Shown here: positions 52,006-64,000 of the stretch, piece by piece
Numbering within the stretch: the stretch's first letter is position 1
Layout: every line of letters begins with the position of its first letter
NCBI RefSeq assembly: GCF_009914755.1
Contig: NC_060931.1
Strand: one strand, 5' to 3'
Source: the human T2T-CHM13v2.0 reference genome, Homo sapiens
DNA length: 64,000 nt
Notes under the pieces: generated by a model
The model's input: only the letters and a program-made list of their open reading frames with translations
Database searches by the model: none
What the model was told of the DNA's origin: nothing
Position numbers and translations under genes: made by a program

Positions 52006-53199
52006 TGAAAAAAGAAAGTGGTTGACAGGGAGTGCACTTTTAGCAGTGATTCTGTAAGCAAAGCCACTTTGGGGTCATAATTGCAGAAAGCAGCTAAGGG
52101 AGAGTAGCAGGTAGAAGCAATAGATTTAAGTCTGCCAGAGTTCCAGAGTACAAGAATTTGGTAGCCTGGAATGGGACTCACAGTAGGAGAATGGAAACTA
52201 AAAGCAACCTAGAAAAAGAAATCTGGTGCAAGAACAAGTCAGCTGCTAGTTAAGAGACTTCAGTGGTAAATGCAGGGCATCAATAGGAAAAAATGGAAGT
52301 TGATGCTAAGCTACAAAGTCTGTGAATTAGAGCTCTCCTCCTGGTTCCAAGAGCAGATTGTCTAAAGTTAGAGATACAGAGAGATATATGGACTTAAATG
52401 TTAAGGGCAGCAGAATAGAAAGCAAGGAAATTCATGACACTGGTCTATTGATCTATGTTTCCTGGCTATCTGAAAGATCAATTTACTAGCACCCTTTCCT
52501 CTTAGAAATTTGCAATTCATCAAGTAATGTATCATTCTCCAATTTTGATTTAGACTTGAAATAATAAAATGTGAAAATGAATTCTTGAAAGTGTGTGCCC
52601 TATCTGTCTACTTCTTCTCAGCTTACTGGAAAAAGAAGAGGCAAGAAGGCAAACGAACATGACTCCATGGCATCCTGGGACTGGCTTCTTTGTGAAAGAC
52701 AATCAGAGAGCAGAACTGGGTGCCATCATTTCCTCTGAAAGCTTTTATATAAAGATCTCATGATTGCTTTCCTTCTTCCAAGTGTGTTACTGAATTCATT
52801 ATGGATGGATACTTATTCAAAATCAGATTTAGCTATGCCTGATGGACTTAAACTGACACTGCTTTCATCTCATCTACCTAGAAGCCATAGTTTGGAAGCT
52901 CTGGTTTGCATAGGAGAAAAAAAACCCTTATTGCTAGCTAAGAAAAAAGAGTAAGTCTACCTTTCTATTAAGACTAGGCCTTTAAAATATGATCATGAAG
53001 GGAGACAGCAAAATCCATTCTTTGAACAATTATGAAAAATGTTTGATTCTCTATTGCAGTCATACCATATAGTGTTTAGCAGAAAGAGACCTGCCATTGA
53101 AGAAAAGCATGCTAATAGTTAAGACTGGGAACATTATTTGAAATCATATGAATTCCACTTCATATTCCTAGTATTCTTTTAAATTCTGCTATTCTCTTC

Positions 53200-53973
53200 T
53201 TTTTTTATCATTATTATACTTTAAGTTTTTGGGTACATGTGCACATTGTGCAGGTTAGTTACATATGTATACATGTGCCATGCTGGTGCGCTGCACTCAT
53301 TAACTCATCATTTAGCATTAGGTATATCTCCTAATGCTATCCCTCCCCCCTCCCCCCACCCCACAACAGTCCCCAGAGTGTGATGTTCTCCTTCCTGTGT
53401 CCATGTGTTCTCATTGTTCAGTTCCCACCTATGAGTGAGAATATGCAGTGTTTGGTTTTTTGTTCTTGTGATAGTTTACTGAGAATGATGATTTCCAATT
53501 TCATCCATGTCCCTACAAAGGACATGAACTCATCATTTTTTATGGCTGCATAGTGTTCCATGGTGTATATGTGCCACATTTTCTTAATCCAGTCTATCAC
53601 TGTTGGACATTTGGGTTGGTTCCAAGTCTTTGCTATTGTGAATATTGCCACAATAAACATACGTGTGCATGTGTCTTTAGAGCAGCATGATTTCTAGTCC
53701 TTTGGGTATATACCCAGTAATGGGATGGCTGGGTCAAATGGTATTTCTAGTTCTAGATCCCTGAGGAATCGCCACACTGACTTCCACAATGGTTGAACTA
53801 GTTTACAGTCCCACCAACAGTGTAAAAGTGTTCCTATTTCTTCACATCCTCTCCAGCACCTGTTGTTTCCTGACTTTTTAATGATTGCCATTCTAACTGG
53901 TATGAGATGGTATCTCATTGTGGTTTTGATTTGCATTTCTCTGATGGCCAGTGATGGTGAGCATTTTTTCATG
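53200..53973 (-). mobile_element. Young 5'-truncated L1PA (L1PA3-like), antisense
   Basis: Near-intact ORF2 C-terminus ([23 protein letters not shown]...; MFIVAIFTIAKTWNQPKCP...) and L1PA 3' UTR. Confidence 0.93.
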
Positions 53974-54199
53974 ATAAAGAAACAGACAAAATGTACAGGT
54001 TATGTGCTTTTTGTGGGGGGCAGCTTTTACATGTTTTTCATTTTACAGAATTAACATTTGTTACTATAAAAATTTAGCAATAGAGATAAACAAGAAAATA
54101 AAAATTCACCTGAAGTTTTATCCTAGCAATTTTTATAAATACAATTTGGAGGTATGACATCTCAATACCCTTTCTGTGCATATATAAGTTAACATTATA

Positions 54200-54551
54200 T
54201 GATATGGTTTGGCTGTGTCCCCACCAAAATCTCACCTTGAATTTTAATAATCCCCATGTGTCAAGGGCGAGGCCAGGTGGAGAATCATAAGGGTAGATTC
54301 CCCCATACTGTTCTTGTGGTGGTAGTGGGTAAGTCTCATGAGATCTGATGGTTTTATAAATGGAAGCTCCCCTGCACAAGCCCTCTTGCCTGCTGCCATG
54401 TAAGACGTGCCATTGCTCTTCCTTCACCTTCCACCGTGATTGTGAGGCCTCTCCAGCCATGTGGACCTGTGAGTCCATTAAACTTCTTTCCTTTGTAAAT
54501 TACCCAGTTTCTGGTATGTTTTTATTAGCAGCAAGATAATGGACTAATAAA
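54200..54551 (+). mobile_element. THE1C-like MaLR solo LTR
   Basis: TGATATGGTTTGGCTGTGTCCCCACC...ggactaata. ATTATA flanks both sides (54194-54199 / 54552-54557). Confidence 0.88.
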
Positions 54552-55354
54552 ATTATAAAACTAGAATTATTGAATATTAGCTTTTAAAAAGAAAATGATA
54601 CATTGTGCTTTTTAGCAACATATCTTCAATGTTTTCTTTATCCATCTATTGTCCTGGGAAAGTTGGTTACATATGATGAGCTATAGACATATATATATCC
54701 TTGCTTATCTCTGAAATTCTACTAAGTTAAGAGTGAAGGGATTTTTTTAAAAGCAGCAGTCAGAAATCTATAAGAACTAAAATAGCTGATAAAGAGAAAT
54801 ATAGCAGACTTTTGGAAGATGAAAGCAAGTGGATGAGTTGTAACTGATTTAGCAAATACAAGAAAGCTGAATCCTAGGTGGCTGTGGGGAATCCCAAATA
54901 GCCACAGGGATTGACAGTGCTAGGTACCTCTGAATAAAGGTGAGGGTGGAACGAAACGCAGAGGTTCACATCAAAGTCTGTTATACCCTCTTGATCTTTG
55001 TCCTCCATTACCTAACTACTTAACTGTCTCTTTCTTACTTGAAGTTGATGCTTAGAATAGGATAAATTAGAGGGTCTCTACACTAGGGGGCTGGAGGAAT
55101 AGATGCAGTTGGGGAGCGAGCTAAAGTGAAAATGGAGAACTAAGTGTAGGTTTATAAAATGAATGTTGAAATTCCAAATTCCCGACTTCCTTTTCCTACT
55201 AGCACCCAAGCACTCAGCCTTAAACCCTCCAGATAACAACCAAGATTACCTTGCCATCCGAGGATATCCTGTAAACATAAACGTAAAAAAAACAGACATA
55301 AAAAAGAGGTAACTTAAAAGAAACAGATTCTTAAGGAAGAGAACCTCTTTCCTC

Positions 55355-55970
55355 AACTTTTATTTTGAAAAGTGTCAGTCCTAAAGAAAAGATGAATGAA
55401 CAGTGCAGAGAACATTTTACTACCACATTTGTGTGTTCTCTCTCTTTCTGAAGTGCCGAATCATGAAACATCACTCCTATATAATTCAGCATTTATCTCC
55501 TAATAAGGGATTTTTCTATATATTGTCATTTTCACATCTAATAAAATTAATAATTCTATAATATCATTTCCCATATATATTTAATTTTCCCACAAGTGAT
55601 TTTTATTAATGCTTCATTTTTATTATATAATACAATTAGATTTTATGAATTGCATTTTGTTTCTCTGTCTCTTTAGACCCTTTAACATAAAGCAGTCCTT
55701 CTGCCTTTTGTTTTCATGACATTTACATTTTAAGGAGCCCAGTCAAGTTGTCTTGTAGATATAACATCCTACATTCTGGATTTGACCGACTGTTTTATAG
55801 TGATGTCATTTAACTTATTTCCATATTTCTCAACATAGATCTACTCAATAGATGATGCTATTTTTATTCTTATTATATCACATTAAAAGGACACATACGT
55901 TTCGATTGGCCCACCCTTAAGAATAATTAATGATGCTCAATTTGGTCACTTGGTTAAGGTTTTAGGCATG
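55355..55970 (-). mobile_element. Old L1 (L1MC5/ME-like) 3' UTR fragment
   Basis: aactttttattttgaaaag...ttgtcttgtag...acattctggatttg...ggtcacttggttaagg. Confidence 0.55.
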
Positions 55971-57236
55971 AGATCTAAGAGGGGAAACATTAAGAAAAGA
56001 AGCTATTATTAGCAACATCAAAGAGTTAAGAGAAGACTTTGTAACTGTGAAATAAAGTGAGAATATTTTTATAAACATTGAGGATTCTTGAAAAAGATTA
56101 GATAATTACTCTTGAATGAAAGGCATAATAGTAGATAATAACTCTTGAATGTAAATGCATCATAGCAGTAGAAAGTGTGAAAAACAAAGTTAAGGTGATC
56201 ACCCAGATAGCAGAAGGAGAAAACAACTGTGTAGGAAAACAAGAGAGAAAATATAAGAAAGTTAAATAAAGAGTCCATAAGATCTAACACATTACTAAAA
56301 GGGCTTCCAAACTCAGTAGAAAAAAAAATGGAGGAGATAAAATTATTAACAAAATAATTCAAGAAAATTCCCCTGGGTTGAAAAATGTATTTCTAGATGA
56401 AAAGGACCTAGAATAATACACATTGATTTTCCTCTATATTTGCTCCATTAACCTGCCCTCTCTTACATCATGTGATTTTATTTATTCTGCCAACATAGCA
56501 TATGTTAATGCTTAGCATGGCACGTACCACTTCATTCTTCTTATTCAGATTTTTCTTGGTTCTTTTTATTTATTTACAACTAATCATAATATTTAGTATC
56601 ATTTTGCAATAGGTACCCTACCCCAAAGCCTATGTATATTTTGATTAGGATTGCATGTATGTATATATAAATCCGAGTCTAAATTTTATCTTTAGAATAT
56701 TGAGTTTTCTCATTCAGAGATATTTATTTTATTACATGCAAACAAGTCATCTTTTGTATTTTGTACTATTTTGAGTATTGATGCATAAATGAATTCTCAA
56801 ATTTCTGCCAAGTTAATTTATAGGCATTTTATAAATTTTTTTTGCTATGACAAGTGGTATGTTTTCCATTACATTTTCTGTATCGGTACCTTACCTCACA
56901 CACAGATTTGTGATAAAAACAGAGAAGATCCACAAGGGTATAGCTGCAAATAACCCTGCTGTTTTGTTGCTCCTTGAGCAAACTAGCGTTAAAGTTGACC
57001 TGCCCAGGTATAGTGCAGATCTGGTCTAGATTAGTTTTGAGGTCCAAAGTGGCTCCATCCTGCTGTGCTTCTGGAGGAGTTTTCAGGCACAGATGATTTA
57101 GTAGCCTGGTTGTGATAATGTCAAACATTTCACAATTGGCTTAGAGTTCAGATTGCAAAAGTAGCCACCGAGATAACACGAGCTTCCCATTAAAGGACAA
57201 TTGAAAGGTGCTCTGAGCTTTTCTACCAAGTAACTT

Positions 57237-57720
57237 TCATTTTTGCAGACTATTCTCTAGGTGGCCTGGCACCGACCTAGGTCTCTCACCTTTGCCTGCT
57301 TATAGTTCTCAAGAATAACTGTAGAATGTGCTGGGAATGCAACAACCTGAAATGGGATTGGGAGAGGGGGTTGGCTGAAACAGCCTAGGCCCTGTTCCAG
57401 TTCCTTCTGGAAACAAGATGTCCTTCGAGGCTTCAGTCCAACATGTCACGTGATCCCAAGATATAAAACCCAGAATGGGCTGCTTTTGTGGGTCCCTCAG
57501 TAGGTGCAAGGAAGGCATGGGTAATTGTGACTCCATCCATCCTGGGGAGTTTTTCTGAGCCTTAGGGGATTAGCTAGCAGTTAATCCTAGGCTTCAGTTG
57601 TTCCTTGCTGCGTATCTGTAAGTAACAAACCCGCTTCATGTAACTTGTTGTAGGCATGGGTGTTCGGTCTCACCAGATTCAGACAAATTGGTAACTAGTG
57701 CACAGAGAACCTGCTTCACA
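57237..57720 (+). mobile_element. ERVL solo LTR (LTR32-like)
   Basis: gactattctctaggtggcc...gttctcaagaataactgtagaatgtgctgggaatgcaac...TATAAAA...gtgcacagagaacctgcttcaCA. Near-TSD AACTT/CACTT. The 5' boundary is approximate. Confidence 0.75.
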
Positions 57721-59284
57721 CACTTAGCTTAGTGTGGAAAATTATAGCTCTACAAACTCACATACTCTGTTTTTTATCCTTCTGTGCAACCTTTGAAGCA
57801 AAGTGGTATAGTGTGTCCAAAGGAAATTACTACTTAGGGGAATATGCAAAATCATTGAACTTTATTCTTTAATATTTATTAAAATGATTAAATTTAATGT
57901 CAGTAGGCTTTATTAAAAAACAAAAAAAATTGAAAAAGCTCTTAGAGGTAAATAATACCAAGTAACAATTTCTCACTAGTCCCAAACTGTAAATACTCCT
58001 AATTTTCTTTTTCCTTGAAAATTTCAAAAAAGGGAATATTGAGCTTATTTTCTTGCTTTTTTTACTTAAATCTGGGAACTAAAAGCCCCTAAATATTGGT
58101 TTTATCAATTTCTCTCTTTGTTTAAATGTCTCTGTGGCTAATGTACACGGAAGACCACTAGGATTCTGAAGTTGTAGATGTTCCAGTACAAAGATCCTCA
58201 GTGTATAAAAGCCTTGAGTTTTATTGCATCGAGATTCTGTATAAATAATTTCCACTTTCTGGAAGATAGTCCTGGCAGGAAATCTATTTTGTGTGAATAT
58301 CTAAATCATAATCTTCTTTCTAATCTCTTGTCTGAAATAGATCTATTTAAGCTTCCTATTTCTACCTGGATCAATTTGGTAAACGATATTTTCTTAGGAA
58401 AGTGTTATTTCCTTTCAGTTTTCATAACTGTTGCAACAGAGTTGCATATAGTATCTTATTAGCAATTAGACATACAACTTCCGTATATAAGGCTATGTAT
58501 CTTTTCTTATTACTAAGAGCCAATATTTTGATGCCTTCTATTTTTGGTTAGACTTGTTAGAATCTAAACAATGAAGGGCTCCCTTGCCAGAGGAGAAATA
58601 CTAGACATCTCGGAGGATCAGATCACTAGGTGTTAGAGAAAAATGAGTCAGTCTACACGCTTTTTAGGGGGTATAAGAATTCTCTACACTGCCGAATTGT
58701 TATTCATATGGCACAGCCCAAAAAGATGTTCACAGACATGTCCTCCTCCCATATTCCTGTATGTGGGAAATGAGGCAGTCAGAAGCAGGAATGAAACCTG
58801 CCAAATACTGAATGAAAACAAATAATGATGCAACGAGGAATCCACTGTATAGAAAGGCCAATATGAATAAGGTTGAACTAGAAAGACTAAATAGGTCTAT
58901 AACTTTAAGCATGTGTCTAAAGGCCATAAGCATTGAAATCTGAAATGCTGAACCCCGCGCAGCCCCAGATGCTCCTGTGCCCCATCACTGTGATTCCCTG
59001 ATAGACAAGTACTAGGAGGAAGAAAAGCTAATCCCAAGGCACCTTCAGGCCAGGCAGGAAACTTTCTAAACCAGTGTCACTATCCCGACAATGCAGCACA
59101 TCTAAATAAGGAGGAAAGAGGAGAGGGAGAAGAAAAAGAGAGAGAGTGCAAAATTATTAAAGACTGGGTAGAAGAATGGAGAGCCACATGAAATACAGAA
59201 GAAATTTTAAAAGTGTAAAAAATACTACATGCAAGCTTCTTGGCAAATAGGCTGTAAACTAAAGGAAATGAATAATTTCTTAGC

Positions 59285-59358
59285 TATATATATATGTCAC
59301 ATATATATATATATACGTCACATATATATATATATATATGTACACATACACATATATT
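59285..59358. repeat. Interrupted (TA)n microsatellite with two gtcaca(ta)n units
   Basis: Read directly from the sequence. Confidence 0.9.
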
Positions 59359-59386
59359 TCTAAATCTGACTCAAAATGAAGCAAGA

Positions 59387-59686
59387 GGCTGGGCATGGTG
59401 GCTCACACCTGTAATCTCAGCATTTTGAGAGGCCAAGGCTGGTGAATCACCTGAGGTCAGGAGTTCAAGACCAGCCTAGCCAACATGGTGAAACACTGTC
59501 TCTACTAAAAATACAAAAATTAGCCAGGGGTGGTTGTGTGGCCTGTAATCCCAGCTATGGGGAGGCTGAGGCAGGATAATCACTTCAACCCAGGAAGCAG
59601 AGGTTGTAGTGAGCTGAGAGATTGCACCACTGCACTCCAGCCTGGGCGACAGAGCAAGACTATGTCTAAAAAAAAAAAAAAAAAAG
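59387..59686 (+). mobile_element. AluSx full length
   Basis: Dimeric Alu with poly(A). TSD ATGAAGCAAGA (59376-59386 / 59687-59697). Confidence 0.92.
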
Positions 59687-60456
59687 ATGAAGCAAGAAAA
59701 CAAAAAGATATTAATACCATAGAAGGTTTATGAGACATAGATATCTAACAAGGAAGCATCACAAATAAAGGGCTCCACAACTAAGCTATTGGTAATCAGA
59801 TAATTCTAATAAAATAGACAATAGGAAAAGATGACAATCTTTATTAATTTATTTTATGAGGGCATCACATTTTTAATTAAAACTTGATAAAGATGGTATA
59901 AAGTGTTTTTCAGAAAAATCTTATTTACAAATACATATGCATACAATCTACTTATGATATTAGCAGAAAGAATTCAGCACAAATCAAAATTATAATAAGA
60001 CACAAACCACAAAGAGTACCAACTTGAAAAATGATAGTGAATTTCAAAAATTCAAAAAAAATACATGTGTAAAAAATTAATATATCAGTAGAAGTTAAGG
60101 AATTTTATAGACAGCATAAAATAAAATTTTTCATAAAAATGAAATTCTCAGGTGGGTTGATCATTGCTTTATATATTTTGAAGCTATACTATTAGATGGA
60201 TATGTTAATATTCATTTTTAATGAATACAATTATTTTCTGATTGCTCTGTGAACTAACATACAACATCTCTTTTGTCACATAAGATATTTGCTGAATTAA
60301 ATCTTTATTTTGTCAGAGATCAATATTGCGACTTCAGATTGTTAGAGTAGGTCTTATTTCTTACTTCATTCAATTGATTTTATTTCCTTATTCTTATTCT
60401 CCACTGGATAGATAAGATTTTCTTCCACCACTGTCATATAACACAATCTTTGTATC

Positions 60457-60728
60457 TGCTATGGACCAAATTTTATTCCCCCCCCCAAATTTATATGTGA
60501 CGCTCTAACCCTGTATTTGGATAACAGGGTCTTCAGGACCATAATTGTACACTGTGACTGTATTTGGAGATAGGGTCTTTAGGGGATAATTAAGGTTAAA
60601 TGAAGTCATAAGGGAGGGTCCCTAATTGATAGGATTGGTGGCTTATAAGGAGAGGAAGATCTCTCTGTCTTGCTGTCTCTGTCTGTCTCCTCACTCCTGC
60701 CCCCCGCATCCCCCCACCGAGCCCCCTA

Positions 60729-60771
<43 letters not shown>

Positions 60772-60968
60772 ACTGGGGAAAGGCCATGTGAGACATAGCA
60801 AGAAGGCAGCTATCTGCAAACCAGAAAGAGAGCCCTCACCAGAGTCTGGCTATGCTGGCATCCTCATCTCAGACCTCCAGCCCCCAGAAGTGTGAGAAAA
60901 TAAATTTCTGTTGCTCAAGCCACCCACTCTGTGGTATTTTGTTATATTGACTTAAGGTGACTAATACA
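60457..60968 (+). mobile_element. MLT1B MaLR solo LTR with internal duplication and (AC)20
   Basis: TGCTATGGAC...gactgtatttggagatagggtcttta...aggccatgtgagacatagcaagaaggcagc...ctaataCA. Confidence 0.85.
60731..60770. repeat. (AC)20 microsatellite
   Basis: Read directly from the sequence. Confidence 0.95.
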
Positions 60969-63900
60969 ATGTCTTTCTCCCACTCCTCCCACTTCCTATA
61001 CTCTCCCACTTCCTATACTTCACTGAGGAAAGTGTTGGATTTCAGCTGAAATAAAATGGACAAAAGGACAGATTCAGGAAGCATTTCCCATGAATCTCTT
61101 ACATTCTGGCACTGTTGCCATTACTGAGCCCCCTGCCAGATTGCTTACTTTCTACTGTAGTGATGCTGAAATGGTGTCTGGTATTTTTCTTCTTTTGTAT
61201 GGCCTCAAACTGATATGTCTCCCCTGACATCAATGTTACTATGCCAGGCTGACTTTGGAGTAGAATTGTGTCTGTGGCAAGCTAGAAGTCAGCACATCAT
61301 GGAGATTCTCTTTGCCCTAAGCTGGGAGCCAGCTTGAGAAATGATCTGAGAAAGACTTGAGGACAGAGGACTCATGCAGGCAGCTAAGGTTCAATGAGGT
61401 AATGCCTCATTCTGTCCCAAGACCTGTGGGTTTCAGTGAACTCCTCAGTTCAATCTGGGTCCCTCAGGAAATGCCAGACAATACATGTGGGCCTCATTTT
61501 ACCAACATAAAAGGAGAGGAGGACAAATCCATGGAGTGTTATGCTTACTCCCATCTGACACAGGAAGCATTGGGTAAAAGAAGCACATGAATGTGAAGGG
61601 GCGGAAAATGTATTTTCTTCAAAGGCCTTTCCACTTAACACAATGGCCATACCTAATCATTTCTGAATGTTTATTAAATGGTAATATTTGTTCTCAAAAA
61701 CACTAATTAGAGAGCTAAACTACACACATGCAAAATGGCCTATGAGTCATTGATTGGTATTTCTACAGAAAACTTCAGTTTTTATCTGTTTACAAATCAA
61801 CTAAAGCATGAGGTTACAACTACTTTTGACTTTCGCAAGTTTTTTGGGTCAAAAATAGTTTTTCAGGTAGTGAGTATTGGGCTGCCATCATACAACTTTA
61901 GCTGTCTATGACAAGGGGCAATCATATGCAAACAAGTGAGAAGAGAATACGAAAGATTGTAAAGCATTTTGTTTGTTTGTTTGTTTTCTTCTCCTGTTTG
62001 TTTTCTTGATGAAAATTAAGAAATTATAAATCATCATTGTGATTTTTTGCAAATATGCTATTTGTGGTAGATCTGAAATTTAAAAAAAATTAGAAGTCTT
62101 CTATTTACTTTCAAGGTTAAGAGCAACATCATTCCACTGTGTAGTTTATATGTTCCTAATAAAGAAAGAATTCTTGAGAGATAAAGTGTTGCTGGTGGCT
62201 CATAGCTTATAAATGTTACAGATTTTGATGTCTGAGTCATTAAAACAAAGTTTACTTTACTCATTTTTTTAAATTCAGTATTTACTTCATACTAGATAAG
62301 ATTATCCAGTAGAAATTCAGCAAATGGTCGCAAATGACTCCTCAATTTCTCTTTATTAGACATCAGATGATAAGTACTGTGTACATACCCTGGGGCCACC
62401 TTTATGCCATCTAAACCCCAGCAAAGAAGGATGGAAAGAGTCAAAAGAGGAAGAGAGAGTGGCAATGGTACCAAGACTAGCTTTCATTCTTTTCGTTCTT
62501 GCCAGGGATTACAATGTCACAAGCCTGGGGCAGGATCTTAATTGGAAGTATGAAGCTAAGGATTATAGAAAGTATGTGACATTTGTGCCTTGTACATTTC
62601 TATAAACATCTTTGGAGCCCCTTAGGGAAATGAGACTGGGAGGTTTTTCTTTATTTTTCTAGAATCTTTGGTTCTGGAGGGCTAAGAAAGATCAAGGCAA
62701 AGATCCTGGAGTCAGAGTTCAAGCTGCTTACCACTGGTTCTAAACTCAAGGCAATAGGGCATATTGACCCTTCCAATCATCGTCCATATTTCCCAGAACA
62801 GGTGAACTGAAGAATATTGGAGAGTGTGGCCGATCTTATAAGTTCCTCTCAAGAAATCAAGACTGGAATACAAGGTATTCACACCCTAACAGGCCTGCTA
62901 AGTACTCAGGAATAGATGAGATGTGCAAGGCCCAGGAGTCTGGACTCTCACCGGTAAGAATAAGCTTCTTCTCCTCCTAAAATGACTAAATGCAAAGAGA
63001 TGATAGGGTAGGGTCCTCACAACAACTGATGGTGACAGTTGAATTAGTGAAAGGGCATTTCTAATGGCATATTTCTGAGAAAGAGGGCAGGAGTAGAGAA
63101 TTATTGTTCAGTCAATTATCCGTAGCACCCTAGGCCATGCTGGCAAATACAGGAATTGCATTTATTATACAATTAATTAAAAACATCACTTTTGCCTTTT
63201 TTAAATGATTATAGATTCAGAAAAGAATATAAGTGAACTGCCTTCCCCTTCACTCACCAAGCATGGATGGGGAAAAATGAAGTTACTTTGAAGAGACACC
63301 ATATATTCAATGAAATTAAAAACAATAATAATCCCCATCACATATGGAATGTTGACCTTTCTTGGATAAAATTTGCTTCAATTAGACAATGAAATGAATT
63401 TTTTGTATGAATGAGCTGATACCCGACATTATTTAGTATTTGTCTGTGTGAACTCGAGCCCCAAGCTAAAGTAACAATCAACTCTCTAACTGTCCTTCAC
63501 TAAATAACACCTTCTTCTAAGCAATAAAATAAACTGATTATTTATTTTAAATATTTGTTAAGTTTAAATTCCCTTATATTCATGATCAATACTTTTTAAA
63601 AATTAGGAAGCTCTAGCTCCAATGCCAATGTTGTGATTTTATGGTGTTCTGTTTACATACGTTAAGCAGTCTGAATATTACATTCAGAATACATTTTAGT
63701 TGTATTTCAACAGGGTCTTGGACTTACCTTAAAACAAAGGTAGTTTGGGGCTCAAATTAAAAGTTATTACTTTTTACACTTATTTTCTTATAAGGCAACA
63801 AACATAAACTTAATTATATGATACTGTTAGAGCCAAAGCTTTGGATCTAGTAGTATTTTAAAAGAAACTAAAAGATCAAAAAGAAGCTCATAAGAACTAT

Positions 63901-64000
63901 GTAACTGAAGAGTTAAAAAACATTCTACCTAAATGTCTCAGCAATTTCTGAGTTTCTTCAAGCTAGTTTTCCTCAAAGAGTAAATCTGTTTCAAAGTTGT

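Noticed and set aside
60976-61020. Short tandem duplication ctcccacttcctatact x2, and the internal ~35-bp duplication in MLT1B (60510-60590)
   Set aside because: Ordinary slippage-type microduplications.

Overview
AT-rich primate genomic DNA, recognisable as the 3' end of the human muscarinic acetylcholine receptor M2 gene (CHRM2, + strand). It contains the end of the last intron with the splice acceptor at 2503-2504 and the single coding exon (CDS 2551-3951, 466 aa). A roughly 3.9 kb 3' UTR follows, with proximal and distal poly(A) signals and an embedded MER20. The remaining ~56 kb has no other recognisable intact protein-coding gene and is mostly transposon remnants: L1 of several ages, Alu/FLAM, MaLR LTRs (THE1, MST, MLT1), MLT2A, MER41A, LTR32/33-like LTRs, Tigger/MER DNA transposons, L2, MIR and microsatellites. 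I found no evidence of a wholly new multi-gene system. The most notable observations are: (1) seed sites for all four miR-17~92 families packed into 100 nt of the proximal 3' UTR on a two-state hairpin/direct-repeat scaffold; (2) an MSTA LTR built like an L1-retroposed polyadenylated transcript; (3) a younger L1 3' end integrated into an older L1 at the homologous position; (4) a 9-codon uORF just before the CHRM2 start; (5) a 111-bp ungapped 78%-identical duplication upstream of the acceptor; (6) a twin-primed old L1MA. Repeat subfamily names come from recalled consensus sequences, not from running RepeatMasker.
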